Origin: Trypanosoma brucei
Lineage: Eukaryota
NCBI GenBank assembly: GCA_000002445.1
Contig: CM000208.1
Location: 2,304,001 to 2,368,000, forward strand
Direction: 5' to 3'
DNA: 64,000 nucleotides
The translations under genes were made by a program, and so were the position numbers. This document shows positions 20,701 through 32,785 of this stretch, one piece after another (position 1 is the first letter of the stretch; each line of letters opens with the position of its first letter). The notes under the pieces are model-generated. The model made no database searches. It was not told where the DNA came from and saw only the letters and a list, made by a program, of their open reading frames with translations.

Positions 20701-21029
20701 TTGAAGCAATATACTTGGACTATAACCCAATCGGTGAAATTGGGGGGGAAGCACTGTACAATGTGTTAAAGGTTAACCACCAGATCCATACGCTTTTGCT
20801 TGAGGGAACAAATGTACCTGAGGAAATTTGGGAGGAAATATTAAGTCTGCTGCGCGTTAATGAGACAGCAAATCACGAAAGAATCGACATGAGGGCTATT
20901 CGTCTTGAAGAAGTAAATGATGAGACTCAGTTTCGCAGTACTGATTACGCGATATCGCAAGAACAAAAAGTTGGGATTGACGCTTTTAAGGCTTACGAAA
21001 GTTCGGTTCGGGCTCTTGTGAAAGAGTAG
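17781..21029 (+). CDS. Leucine-rich repeat protein of the ribonuclease-inhibitor (RNI)-like type, 1082 aa.
   Basis: Many ~28-aa repeats of the form LxxLxLSxNxIxDxGAxxLAxAL (e.g. LNLESNSITDRGAQRLAHALRTN, LNLSNNSITDVGAGDFVDTL, VDLGMNMITDVGCEMIADALLQ). It is a single uninterrupted ORF. Confidence 0.85.
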   Translation: MEKTQPFNDLICQVARVGVTNVQWCGEKMNDSQLDTLISAMELSPVRIENINLSKNEITSAGASLLCTYIKKNSNIKEVYLNENLIDDAGAREFISIFNNQVHPTIFDVSGNQCSSAVVNNLALLAKQDQHSKEIHQSLLAGEAEELDISGMNINKIDPRLLTFFILDTHALRSLIVSGCAAGDAGATLIGDLLKNSAVSHVDLSDNDISDAGVSQFIERADLLHHPTITSISFSKNIRISNYGMQQMSKTLFNTNDVITSFDVSDTSVTSSVRSTIAHECELNKEPSCLKRAVAAIRTNDPSCTSVNLQWERLTQTAARFVAPVLKLNTIMLELNLGNTSAGDKGAELLAAALQQNKTLRILGLANNNITSRGAKVLFQRLHQQGVLEELNLANNRIDDEAETSILNTLQLNPTIKVLNLVNNLLSGDCMSEIDELILLNQAPKTVQTIVSDIENRPASVTKVALSGKTGEEYCNDTSVRILCNALVLNKVVTTVDLSKNVVGDIGVTYLCEMLMTNSTIVELNLESNSITDRGAQRLAHALRTNASLQHLNLSNNSITDVGAGDFVDTLRFNYALTSILFEKTTVTSDLRTKIAEAADMNKEPRGFKDVMYMLRDGSIKTPKLDLARKNCPRPITDESVNTLCVQLRGISVVRELILSGNSVGTEGCKSIGKLLAHEGSGICHIDLSLNPVDDEGLGELAKGLLSKNCVLQILNLRGTEVTSTGIINLTNTVKANATLREVIVPERVSADVFCRMNQELMVNAQPKSLKPLLTSINENEVIPLLVFKDPVLPFTDAACHLLCAAIVNNEHITSVDMSNNKLTSDSVPFIAEALSSCPKITSVNLSHNEIDETGGYELVKCLAENDYVTTLSLEGNPIPEEVIFKLNELLHLNRGSIDLKKILLKHRKGRLADKTINLNSKGKQYKLNDEDVRLLCEVMVECGSIRAVDLGMNMITDVGCEMIADALLQAPRIEAIYLDYNPIGEIGGEALYNVLKVNHQIHTLLLEGTNVPEEIWEEILSLLRVNETANHERIDMRAIRLEEVNDETQFRSTDYAISQEQKVGIDAFKAYESSVRALVKE

Positions 21030-22949
21030 CGTGAGCACGAACAGAAAACCCTTTCCTGATGTTTTCTAGAACACGAGTAGAAAGCAACCGAGCATATTTT
21101 GGAGAAAAATAAAACAGCGACAAGAAGGTATGTAAAAACAATAGCATGTATATCTCAATGAAAGGTAGTAAAAGCTGCTGCAAGCATTCAGAGGAAATGC
21201 AGAATTATGTACTGTTTTTTTTTTTTGAAATCAGAGTTCTACTCATTACAACTTACTCACACCTAGACCAATAATATGTCCTTGTGTACCGTGCAAACTA
21301 CAAAAAGTGAGAATGATCCCAAGTTAAATACCCTTTTGCCGCTTCAACGTATTGCTATTTTTCTTCATTTCTAATTTTCTGATACTTAGTTGAAAGCCGC
21401 GCACATGCTGCGGCCAAGGCACATTATTACCTCCACATATCCTCCTTGCCGTATCACTTCTGCGTTGAGTTGTTGTTGTCGTGTGTTTTCCCGATGAACC
21501 GGCCGCTGGTTTGTAAGCCACTTCTTCGTGTACAAAAGCTGAGTCTTGGGGCACGTGCAGATGTTTGGTGGTGCTGTATTTTGGTTTGTTTATGCCGGTT
21601 GCATCAAAAAGTTCCGTGAGAGATTGATAGTTCCTTGTTTAGTCGTTAAGACGGAAACTTGCCGTCCTTATTTTTTCGAATTGGTGTGTGTTCCAAGATA
21701 TAATCAGAGTAGTGCGCAGAATGAGCTGCAGCTCTTCATAGGCTACACGAGATACTCTTTGATTTTGTCACAAGGAGGTCACCCAGACGTACAAGGGATG
21801 AACTGTGCCCGAATCAATCGCTTCAACTCTGAGGCCGCAAATGAAGAAGGTTTTGTTGATGTTCTTGTGCACGAGGGGGTAAACCGCAAAACTTCTTCGA
21901 CAATATCATTCCCAAGGTATGCTGCACCTCCAAAAGAGACAGTCAGTAAGAGAAAAGTGCGGGGTTAGTGGGGTTGCGGGGTGTACTATGGTGCATATAC
22001 CTTTTTGATACTTGTATTTGTGTATCAAACTGAAAAGGATTCGGAATCAACTCGGCAAATGTTACTCGCTAATTTCCCTTTTGGTCTGCACGGCGACACT
22101 TGTTATGCCCACCGCGGCACGGTGCGGTCACTTGTGCTGTCGTTTTTTGAGTAATGGGTTTGTAGTTTACACCGAGCAATTTGCCCAACTGGTTGCAAAG
22201 TCTTTGTTCTTTTTTGGGGGCTTTTGCGGTTGGATTTCGCTGTTGTGGCTAGTGTCATGGTGTGACCAAACGGTGTGCCGTCCTTCGTTACCATTCACGC
22301 TGGTTGCTCCTTGGAGGCTATGAAAACTTCGGGTGCACTGGCTTTGCTGCCCCGCCTCGCACTTTTTGTTTGCACTCGCTGAGTGGTCGAACCGTATGTT
22401 ACGTGGAGGGCATGTTGCAGTTTTCGCCTGCGTTGTGGGTTCTTGATATGAAGATAGCAGTGTAGGGCGTTGAATTGGCGGGACATTTGGTTGCGACCGT
22501 GATGGTCGCTGGTTCAGTGTGCGAATGCAAGAATGGCAGTAGTTTAGTGTAAATGGCCGCCGTTTTTGTTTTTCCAGCGCAGTATGTGGTACCGTGAGTA
22601 GCGCAAAGCGAAAAAGTGTCTTCCCTTTCACTCGACACATCGTGAACGCCGTACGTCACATATGAATGGTAGTCGGAAGCAAACGACCCGTAGTACAAAG
22701 GCGTTGTTTGCGTTTCAACACCTTCTATAAGGATGTGGCTGCATGGATATGCTCTTTTCCCGCTACCCCCACAGGGACAAAGCGGAAGGTGCATGTAGTC
22801 GTTGTAACTCAGCAACTGCATCTCCGTATGCAGCCTCTGCTTTTCTTTTCTATTTTGTTTGCACCTCTCTACTGATATGGTTGCAGTTGGTTTGCATGCT
22901 CTTGGGCTGCGTGTAACGGTTTTCTCGTAGCGAAGGTGTACTGTTATTT

Positions 22950-24251
22950 ATGTCGTCGTCGCGGGCCCACCAACCCTTGTTCGTCCTGAAGCAGCATTGT
23001 AGTGCTGTTTCGACCTGCGCTCTGGACGGCCAGGGGGTGTTTGCCAACTTTTTGCTTAGTGGCGACGTCGACGGAATAGTTAGGTTGTGGGATTTGGAGC
23101 TGCGTGAGGCTCTGTTTTCGTTTCATCCGGTCCAAACCGTGAGAGGGAGCACGAAGATGGTAACGGAGGGGTCATTTTCTTCTTCGGCTGGGGATGGCGT
23201 GCTGCAGGTCGGGTTCCTTTCCTTTACAGAAGCGGTCGCTGACAGTGCAGAGACTACGGAGGTTTGGTTTTACACACAATGTCGAAATCAACAACTTTAT
23301 GTGTGGAAAATTCGCTTATGCGATTTTGATAGTGGATTTGGTGGTGAGGAATGCGGCTTGGAGACTGAGAAGTTTGTGGAGCTACTGCATACAATTGATG
23401 TACCGCAGCACGGGTTCTGCCCGGTGCCTTCTGTCTGTTCCTCCCCAACTAAGTTTCTACTCGCAGTTCCGCATGACAGCAATGGAATTGTTAGCCTATG
23501 GGATGTCTGTTTGATTTCTCGAACACCCCTGTCTTGTGAAGGGTTAAAAGTTAATTGTTCGCGGTCTTTCTCTGCTGCCGGTACCCTGGCGAAATGTGGT
23601 ACAATAATGTGTATTAGTTTTCGAGATTCGACCCACATCGCAGTTGCGTTTGAGAGCGGGAACGTTTCACTCAACAGTACGTGCGGCCTGCAGCTGGCGA
23701 TAATTCGTGCTTTTGCGGAAACAGCAGTTGCGTGTGTGTGGTCCGGTGCTGCGCTTCTCGTAACATCGGCTGAGGGCCGTCTTCAGTGCTATACAGTAGT
23801 CGAAAGCACTGCGGAGACTCGAGACGACGCTGGGAGTGCTACTGTTACGAATATCTCTCTCGTTTTGAGGTGGGAAGTCACCCTCTCAAAGGGTTTAGGG
23901 TGTGTGGCATTGCAGCGCCATCTAGTGGTCGTTGGCTCCTGGGATCACACACTGCGTCTGTTTGATGAAGGTTCGGGCCGGGTTATTTCCATTTTAACCT
24001 TTCACAATTCTACTGTTAACAGTGTTGCAATGCCACCAGATAATGTAGCGGGCTGCGCATTGTTTGGATATGACGTGCGGCGCCCCCGTTGGTGTGATGG
24101 TGGCACCGTTTCTTGCAGTGGCAAGCAAAGTACAAACGATCAAAAGGATAAAGACGTGTACCTTTTCGCATCCGCGGGTGGAGACTATGCTGTCGCTGTG
24201 TGGCGCGTGGACTTCAAAACACTTACCGCTCTTTCGCGTGACACGCTATAA
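22950..24251 (+). CDS. WD40-repeat protein (433 aa).
   Basis: WD-like units: GDVDGIVRLWDL, SNGIVSLWDV, SWDHTLRLFD...TFHNSTVNSVAMPP, SAGGDYAVAVWRV. Confidence 0.7.
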   Translation: MSSSRAHQPLFVLKQHCSAVSTCALDGQGVFANFLLSGDVDGIVRLWDLELREALFSFHPVQTVRGSTKMVTEGSFSSSAGDGVLQVGFLSFTEAVADSAETTEVWFYTQCRNQQLYVWKIRLCDFDSGFGGEECGLETEKFVELLHTIDVPQHGFCPVPSVCSSPTKFLLAVPHDSNGIVSLWDVCLISRTPLSCEGLKVNCSRSFSAAGTLAKCGTIMCISFRDSTHIAVAFESGNVSLNSTCGLQLAIIRAFAETAVACVWSGAALLVTSAEGRLQCYTVVESTAETRDDAGSATVTNISLVLRWEVTLSKGLGCVALQRHLVVVGSWDHTLRLFDEGSGRVISILTFHNSTVNSVAMPPDNVAGCALFGYDVRRPRWCDGGTVSCSGKQSTNDQKDKDVYLFASAGGDYAVAVWRVDFKTLTALSRDTL

Positions 24252-24603
24252 AGATGTACTTCGTTTCCCCCTGGGCTTGTTTGTGTTTCTACCGCGCCAT
24301 GAAGGTGTGGTGGTGGTATACAGCGCCGTAAGGTTTTAGTGCGCGCTTCAGTTACAGTTGGCCTCCGGCGTGAGAGGTCACGCCCGGAACTTTGTGGTTT
24401 GCTTTTGATGGCCGGTAGCGGCGCATAGAGAGGTTTGTGTTATGTCGTTCTCTTTCCTTTCCTTTCTTTTTTTTGGGGGGGGGGCTCTGGTTTGGTGAAC
24501 AGACGCTATTTCAGCGGCGTATTTCAAAATATCAACGGTTACGGGGTGCATCTATTGAGCCAGTCGTAGAACAAAAGAAAACAGCACTAATAAGGCGGAA
24601 TAA

Positions 24604-26247
24604 GTGACGGCAACTCGTGGCTTACTTCCCATGCTAGGTGACCGCTACGCCGTACTTAAGGCACTGGGAAAGGGCACCTATGGGCAAGTTTTACTCTGTC
24701 ACGACACAAAAACTGGGGCGCAAGTAGCCATCAAGGTTGCACGGGGTGACCCCGCGTACCGCCGCGCAGCTATGAATGAAATTGGAGTGCTGCGGGCCCT
24801 GGTAAACAACGGAGATACGTTGAACATGCTAGGATACTTTGAGCATCGTAAGTGTCTTTGTATTGTGACTGAGGTTCTCCAAATGAGCCTGTTGGACATT
24901 CTACAAGGGAGGGGATACCGTCCTTTGCCGTTGCGTGACGTGCACGTCATTGCAGGGCGTGTTCTTCGGGCGCTTGCAGCGCTCCATGATATTGGATACA
25001 TGCACTGCGACGTTAAGCCGGAAAATGTCATGCTTCGTCCTCCCACTGTGCACCACGACACAGAACAAGATTTCAAAGGAACCTGTCTTATTGATTTTGG
25101 AGCGGTGCGTCAGTTTCGTGATAACAGATACTACGACATCCAGTCACTTTGGTATCGTGCGCCCGAGGTTATGCTATGTGTTCCCTACACACATCGTATT
25201 GACTCATGGAGTGTAGGGTGTCTACTGTATGAGCTTTACACGGGAGAGCCGCTCTTTTATGGGGCGAACCCACAAGATTTACTGAGCCTGATATCCCACA
25301 CTGTTGGATTGCCGCGGCAAGAGAGGTCGATGTGCGGTGCGGATTATCCTGCTCAGAGTGTTGTGTGGAGGGGAAATGCGGTGGATGCGGAAACAAATAT
25401 ACGCCACCTCGTTCTCAAGCTACGTAGCAAAACTGCGGAAAACTGTAAGTCAGGTCAGCTACTAGCGGAGGAGGAAGCTTTTGTGAACTTGATTTCGAGG
25501 CTCCTTGAACCAGATGAGAGAAGAAGGTTATCTTGTTCTGACGCCCTAAGTCATCCCTTTTTTACGCAGCATTGTGTACATGGGGGTCACATCGAGCCTA
25601 CCGTATTTCGGGCGGGTAGCGATGAAGAAAGCAGCGTATGTGGATCGTCTCCCTCCGCTGACTTCGTTTCATCATCATGCAACGCAGCGTCTTCCGGTGT
25701 CAGTGTTGCTCGATGGGAGAAGCGACCTGGATTTGCCGCTCAGTCGCAGCGCCGACAGCAGCTTTCCTTTCCTCCAAGCGACTGTACTAGAATACCTCTT
25801 GTTGGGGTTGTTGGCCATCCTACTGGGGTCGTGATAACTTCTTCGCAACCGTCACTGGCCTCCAGCATACCCGGTTCGCCTTTACACCTGCTTCTTCCAC
25901 CTGTTGCGTACCCCAACACGGTAACCGCCCTCCATTCGGCACCTGCTCAAGTTCATCAACAGGTTCATGTACCACCGCTATTTGTAGGGGCGAGGACATG
26001 CACGGGGGCTCCCGCACCCCCGAACTACCCCAACAATGCAGCGGCTAGCGCTGGACGGAGTGGCATTGGCGCGCGCTTTGGAAATGATAGCCGCAACCGT
26101 GACAACAGAATGATGGCGGCTGACCCACCTGGACCTGCTTCATTACAAATGGTACGTGTCGCGCCGTGTGCTGCAGTTTCGTCAATGTACAAGGTTCTTG
26201 TGGGAAACCCCATGGGACCGGTGCTTTACGCCTCCTCAAAAGCCTGA
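24604..26247 (+). CDS. Ser/Thr protein kinase of the CMGC group (CLK/DYRK-like), with a C-terminal S/P/A-rich low-complexity tail.
   Basis: GKGTYGQV is the Gly loop, AIK is the VAIK lysine, HCDVKPEN is the catalytic loop, DFG is present, and the activation segment ends in YRAPEV followed by DSWSVGC, as in CLK/DYRK kinases. Confidence 0.85.
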   Translation: MTATRGLLPMLGDRYAVLKALGKGTYGQVLLCHDTKTGAQVAIKVARGDPAYRRAAMNEIGVLRALVNNGDTLNMLGYFEHRKCLCIVTEVLQMSLLDILQGRGYRPLPLRDVHVIAGRVLRALAALHDIGYMHCDVKPENVMLRPPTVHHDTEQDFKGTCLIDFGAVRQFRDNRYYDIQSLWYRAPEVMLCVPYTHRIDSWSVGCLLYELYTGEPLFYGANPQDLLSLISHTVGLPRQERSMCGADYPAQSVVWRGNAVDAETNIRHLVLKLRSKTAENCKSGQLLAEEEAFVNLISRLLEPDERRRLSCSDALSHPFFTQHCVHGGHIEPTVFRAGSDEESSVCGSSPSADFVSSSCNAASSGVSVARWEKRPGFAAQSQRRQQLSFPPSDCTRIPLVGVVGHPTGVVITSSQPSLASSIPGSPLHLLLPPVAYPNTVTALHSAPAQVHQQVHVPPLFVGARTCTGAPAPPNYPNNAAASAGRSGIGARFGNDSRNRDNRMMAADPPGPASLQMVRVAPCAAVSSMYKVLVGNPMGPVLYASSKA

Positions 26248-26249
26248 GA

Positions 26250-29200
26250 TGAAAGGGGAAAGGGGTCAGTTGATGCTACTTTCTTTTTTCTTTTGTCTTT
26301 GTAAACTCTCTTTTTCACTTTCCCCATCATTTTCTTTCTTTTCTTTCTCTTTACTACCTCTCCATACGCCCGTACAGAGGCATATGTTTGTTTCTTTGCG
26401 TTTGATCGCGTTCCTCCATTTCTCTTCCCATCCCACTCCATTATCGAACGTGGACGGGTGAGATGACCGCCGAATTTTCGTGTAGGTGGGGATGGTTGAC
26501 GAATACCACTTGAGGATATCTTAAGAGACAATTTTTTTTTTTTTTTTGGGGGGGGGAGGGTTTGCTGTTGTAACCGCGTGAAGGGGGAGAGGTGACATTT
26601 TTTTTTTCTTTTACAGTATGTTTAATCGTAAGTGCACACATCGGAAGGAGTGCTGTCGTACTAATATATATGTGTGAGCTGGTAATAACAAGAAATATGG
26701 AAGCTTCTGAGCAAAACGGCTGGCTACTTCCTTCCCTTTCTGCTCCATGTTTTGTTTCACCAGGTTGAGAAGCTGATTTCACCGAGTTTCTACTGCCGAT
26801 TATGGTTCTTGGCTGCATTTCATTTTTTACTTTATTTGCTCTACTTCATTTATGCGGCACCGAATGGGTGGTCACTTAGCTGGTGTGGCACCACTTTTTT
26901 TTATTGTTATTATTAAAGAGAAGGGAGAAAGAGAGAGAGGTGAGGAGAGACAGTAAATAATTAAGTAAAAGAACTAAAATGTAACAAGAGTAAAGGGGAA
27001 AACATTTTCTTCTTCCTCTCGTTTCTCCCCCAACCAACCAACCAACCGGCCAACTAAGGGCGCATTTCTCTATCTTTCGCAGTGAGGGTGGGATTAAAAG
27101 GTGTGTGTGTCTGTGTATGGTGGGGGGGGGAGAGCGGAAGGGTTTCAGGGTTACGGTTTTGTTTTTTTGTTGGTGTTGTTGTTTTATTTCACTAAAATTA
27201 ATTGTTATCTATTGCGTTGTTAGTTTTTTCTTCATGTTAGAACACAGATTATCCCGCACGCACACTCACGATGCAGGACGAAAGGGAAACAAGAGGGGAC
27301 CGTGTGCGTCTATGTAGAGGAAAGCATATGATTTCAGTGTACAGTTTCCATCCTTCTTACCACAGGCAAAAACACATGTGGATGAAAATTTCCCTCAGAG
27401 GAGAAGTTCAAGCTGAGCATCTTATTGTTTTCCTTTCGTACTGCATGTATGTGATACTGTGCTTACACTTTGTTCGCGCAACATTGCCCCCTTTCCGCTC
27501 CCTTTCTCCCCTTCCAGTTCGGTCCCACCACATGCTGCATATCTTTTTACCTTGCCGTACGCGTATGTGGTGGTGGCTGTGTGGGAAAGAAGAAGAAGGC
27601 GTCGCGGTAGGGCGTGTTATGTATATATATATATATATATATAACAAATATGCTACGCGTGCAGAAATTATTCCCTGCACATTTTGGTTTTGCTCGTTTG
27701 GTTCATTTTTTTGTTTTTACCTTTGCTCCTTGACTAGGCATAACACAGCACGACTTGCATTTAAATAGTTCCGTTTAGACACCCCTTTATATATTTACTT
27801 ACGGTGGGAATGAAAGAAGGAAGGACAGAAGGGAAGGAAAAGCGAAGAATTAAGTGATTGTAGCCCGGGGTGTATATTCATGCCCGTCAGTTTCTCTATT
27901 CCCCTCACTTTTTTTTTGGTTTTACAGAATTTTAAAAAGATGAAGTAAACAATGATCATTATTATTAACAGAAAGAAAAGTCAGGGAATTGTTCGATTTT
28001 TCTTTTGTCCCTGCTTCTGCTACTGTTGTTTCTGAAGCCATTTTGGTTTACTCCAGAGCACTCTACGTGAAGTATGGGTGACGGAACACAGGGAGAGGAG
28101 GTATGGGAGAAGAAGGCATAAAGAAAGAGAGAGAAAAAGGTAAAGCCGAGTGATGAGAAAGTAAGTAAGAGAAGAGAAAAATAAAGGGAAAAATAACATG
28201 ATAAACGTTGCGAGTAATGTGTTTGTGTGAGGAGGAGAAATATGGATGAATGCTACGTGTGTGTGTGTAGGGGAGGAAGGGAATAATAAGGCAAAGAAAA
28301 TAGTTATAAAAAGGAGTTGATGAGCCTGTCGTTGTCTCACACCGCCAACTCGAGTGACAAAAAAAAACGACAGTAATGGTTAGGCAAGGCGGCAACAATA
28401 AGGCCAATCTTTGTTGTTATCGTTGCCTTGTTCGCGCTATGTCCTCTTCTTTATTACCGTACACTATTTAGACCCTCGTTTATTACCCCTCATTGATTTA
28501 CATCGGTGCCCAATAAACGTACTGCCTTTTCCATTGCTGTACAAATCTTTTTTGTCCTTTTTTAGTGATTTTTTGTTTTTGTTTCTCCCCCTTCTATGGC
28601 TGTTTTTCCCCTTCTAGGGTTCACTTTTTTTCACATTCGTGTGGAATGCGGAGTAGTGGCAAGTGACGTATAGAAGAGAGGAAAGGGGAAAAAGAGGCGT
28701 AACACGGAAGCGAAACTCGTGTGTGTAGGGGGAGGGGGATGAGGAGAAAGGGAATCTGTCAGCTGATTTTTTTTTTCATAAATGAATTGTTCGCTTGCTG
28801 TTTTTGTTTGTCTGGTATATATGTGTTTATATATTTATGTATTTACGTATATGTGTGTGAAAACGAAGTAAAATGGTGGGTGGACAATGAGGGCGGCCGT
28901 GGGGGTTACCCAGAGGTCCTGATTGGTGGTGTGGTGCATCAATAAAAGATGGGGATGGGCGGCTGTAAGTCCGTTTCTTTTTTTTTTCCAAAAGAAAAGG
29001 AAAGGGGAAAGCGGGACGCTACGCACCATGCAAAGTGCAACAAACGCCCCTTGTCGCCGTAGCCTTATATCCATTCCCCTGATACTATAGAAAGCGGTGT
29101 AATATATATATATATATATATATGAACATGTTGCTGGTGTGAAGATCCATTCCCCTCCCGCTTACATACATCTGCATGTTTTTGCGTACGTGGTTGAATC

Positions 29201-30231
29201 CTTCTACGCTGCAGAATATTCAACTCCCACATTTGTCGGTAGTTGTTACGGCATTTTTTTTTTAAAAAAAAGGATTTGTGACTGCAGTGTGATTTTGTGT
29301 TCAACGGTTAACACATTATTGTTATTGCTATCACCGTCTATATATACAAGTTTTTTTTTGTGTGTGTGTATGTGTGCCGCTTATAGTAGTAAATTCTTTT
29401 ACCTTTTCTATTTATTTTCCAGACCCTTTCACATTTCTATTTCTGCATTTTCTTATTAAGAACAAAATAAAATTACTTTGGTGCTTGCTTTACATTCTTT
29501 TTTCTTTTTGTGGTGCTACATTTTGCCTTTGCGTGCGTGATTCTGTAAGGTAATTTCCAGAAATGGTCGGGGTTAAATTGAGCGAACTCGATCCCGAGGA
29601 AGACGGAGGTGAGGTGTTTTTTTTTTTTTTAATCGCAGACTTCATCTTTTGTGTGATGCTTTTGTTGTAGCCATGAAATGACGTCCCACATTACCATTCT
29701 TTTTTGTTTTCACATGATCGGTAGAAGAGGAGAAATCGTTCTTTTTTTTTCCTCTTTTTCACTAAACAGTTTAATTCGGTGGAGGACGAGAGGGTCATAT
29801 ATGTCTTTGTGTATGCGTGTTTTTTTTTTTGTTTCGGAAGGAAGCAAAATCAAAGTAATAAGAGGATAGAAACTTTTCATAGGCAAACAAAGGAATAATA
29901 ATAATAATAATGATAGTAAGAAGGTGAAGGAGCAAAGGGATGCCTTCACCTTCGTTTGTTTGCCGATTTTTCAGTATTCACTCATTCGTTCACTCATTCT
30001 TTTCTTTTTTTTTCTTTTTCGTACCCACACGCCGTTGTCTTTTGCACTGCCATCGTCATCCCTCCGGTGCCTTATTTTTATATTTTTGGCACGCTTCTCC
30101 TAATTGCCCGCTGGTCCATAACCCGTGTTCAACGCTTTATACTTTCAACTGACCTGTTGTTTGTTCTTTTTGTGTGTCATTTGGTTTTGTTTTACTTCTC
30201 TTTTTGTTTTTTTTCTTTTTCTTTGTTTTTT

Positions 30232-30266
<35 letters not shown>

Positions 30267-32785
30267 GAGCGGTAGCGTGGCCACGCGCGGATATGTTGCA
30301 CGGTTCGGTTGGAAATGAGCAGCTGTAATCACTCTGAGAGGTGTTTATTTTTAAAAGGTTCCGGTAAAGTGCGGGCGCCACATAAATGTGGACACTTTGC
30401 GTGGTGCATGTAATTTCTACGTTCCATAAGGGAGACAGGAGAACATGAGCAACGGCTGTGAAGACAGAAGGGAAATCAATAAGCAACAACAGTAGCAACT
30501 AAAAAGAAAGAAGAAAAAAGAAAAGAAAACAGTAGCAATAGAAAAAACAGTAATCCAACTGTGCAAACATTTGTGTGCACTACATTTTTTTTTTTTTGCA
30601 CACCTCGTTTTTTTTTTCTTTCGCGTCTCTTCTTCCATCTTTTTAGCGAATTTTTATTTTTGTTTGGTGAGGAGGGGGAGGGTGAAGTGGACGGGTTCAT
30701 ATGAAGTGGGTAGCAGGGGATGACATGAAGGATGTGGTATTTTTTTTTATATTTTTCATCTTTTCAGTTTAACCACACTTCTGTTTTACTTCTTTGCCTC
30801 CCCCGTTCCTCCCCTTCTTTTACCTTTTCATTTTTTTTAAAGTCTTAAAAAAAATAATCTTTCACTCGCGTGTAGAAGGGTACTGGCGCTTTTTTCTTTA
30901 TTATTGTGAGGGAAATTTTTGTTCTCTTTTCGTTATTTTCCCCTGTTTTTTTTTGTTTCTTTTTGTATCATTTAGATATACTTTTTCAGTGAGTGGTGCC
31001 CCTCTTGTCCTTTTTTTTAAAAAAATTTTGGCCTGCCGACGCACCCCTAAAAAATGTGCTGAATTTCTCCCTTTTTCACTTGAAGACGCACTTCAAAAGG
31101 GGGGAAAAGAAGTGACGGCACTTCGCCAGAGAGTCTCATCACTGAGTTGTGTGTCTATGTATATATTTATCTATTTATTTTCTGCTTGTTTATTAAATAA
31201 ATGAATAAATAAATAAATAAATATATATATATATATTGCGTGTGTTTGTGTGTGTGTGTGTGTGCGTCTACATTTCCTTTCCCTTTTCTCTCTGTATTTA
31301 CTGGTAACATTTCTCGTGCTTATTGCCGAGTTTCAGCCGACGATGCGGCTGCCGCATCCGAGCAATTCAACGTGGTATTGCCGCGTTCCCTTCTTTTTTT
31401 TTTTCCTTTTACCTTTTTTACTCCTTTCCATTTTTTCTTCCTTTTGCAAATTCATCTACGGGGGTTGCGATCCCTTATTTTTGTTCCTCTTCCTTCATTT
31501 TCTCTATTCTTTCCTCTCCGTTATGCTTTTCTTTTTCTTTTTTTTTTCGGTGGCCGCCAGTAGTACCCTTTCGTTTGATTGCCGTAACATTTGTACCGCA
31601 TCGCCCCTACAGTTCCCCGTTTTCTCCTTCACTTTTTTTCTTTTTTCTTTTTTTTTTTTGTTACCCCTCGTGTAACTGCGGGAACTGCTGCTGCATTCCG
31701 TAGTTCACATGTGTTTGGCTCATTTGTTGGCGGGAGCGGCGGCGATGTAACGGCTATCAGTGGGCGTGTGCGTGTGTTGTGTGATTGCGGGGAAAATATT
31801 TGGCTTCGCACATGCGGGGAAGAAATTATTTGACCCGTTATTACTTTAATACCGTCAAGTTGGTAATGGATGTGCAATCGAAGGGAATGAATGCTGATTG
31901 TGAGGGTGCGTGGGATGTGTGTGTGTGTTTTTTTTTTAATTATTGTTGTTGTTTATTTATTTATTTTTCCGAGCATATGTGCCTTTGTTGTATTTCATAC
32001 TTTAATGTTTCTTTAACCACAATCATATACACTTTGGTGTGGTTTTTATTTTCCTCTGTGACCTTGTGGGGCACCTTACCTCATTTTGTTACTCATTTTT
32101 TTCCTTTTCACCGTGCGATCATTTGTATTTACTGTCTGTTGACTTCGATTTTTTTTTCCTTTTTTTTCCTTTTCGTTGGTGGGGACGCACACCAATATCA
32201 TGGGATATTCCATTCATATGTTTTGGTTCCTGTATTAAATGTTTCACTCCTCATGTTTTTTCCTCCCCCCTTCTCGTCATACTTTGCTACGTGATTCCGC
32301 TCTATATATTTCTTGCACTCAATGGGAAGTACTCATTTTCTGTCTCGTATTTTCTTTTTTATTCTTTAAACACCTGTGGCTCTTTGGAAGGTAGTGTTTT
32401 TTTATAGGTGGGTAGGAAGTCCCAGTTGGACTTGTTAACGGTGGGGATTCCGTTTTTTTTTTCTTTTCTTCCCTTTTCTTTTCCCCTTTCATTAGTTAGG
32501 GGGAGAGCGATATATATATATATATATAAATAAATACATATATTTAACCAGAAACTACATATCACGCTTCTCCTTTGTTTTGATTTTAGACGTAGCCGTC
32601 AGTTTCTGAGGACGGGCCAAAAGAAAGGGGAAAAAAGGAAAGAGGGAAACAATCTCTCCTTCCGTACTCGCGCATTCATTTTTTTTCTTTTTTGGACAAT
32701 TGTTTGGTAGAGGCACTCGCTGTTATTACCATTATTATTGTCATTGCCGTTTCAATACCGCCATTCGGCTTGTGTGACTGTGTGA
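26250..32785. repeat. 6.5-kb low-complexity intergenic block that is strongly pyrimidine (T/C) rich on the + strand. It contains (TA)11 at 27622-27643, (AT)n at 29102-29123, (AAT)n at 29894-29913, (GT)15 at 30234-30263, (AAAT)n/(AT)n/(TG)n at 31195-31266, and (TA)n at 32510-32528.
   Basis: Read directly from the sequence. There are many overlapping low-complexity ORFs in all + frames (F/L/S/C-rich), which are not credible proteins. Confidence 0.8.

Noticed and set aside
22167-22821. Minus-strand ORFs of 157 and 140 aa in the gap between the LRR and WD40 genes
   Set aside because: They run against the direction of all flanking genes, are C/T/H-rich with low complexity, and have no motif.
26800-32600. 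Numerous 100-170-aa + strand ORFs in the low-complexity spacer (for example 27271..27768, 30794..31204, 31250..31675, 31785..32294)
   Set aside because: Their translations are F/L/S/C-rich low complexity produced by T/C-rich DNA. They overlap one another in all three frames.
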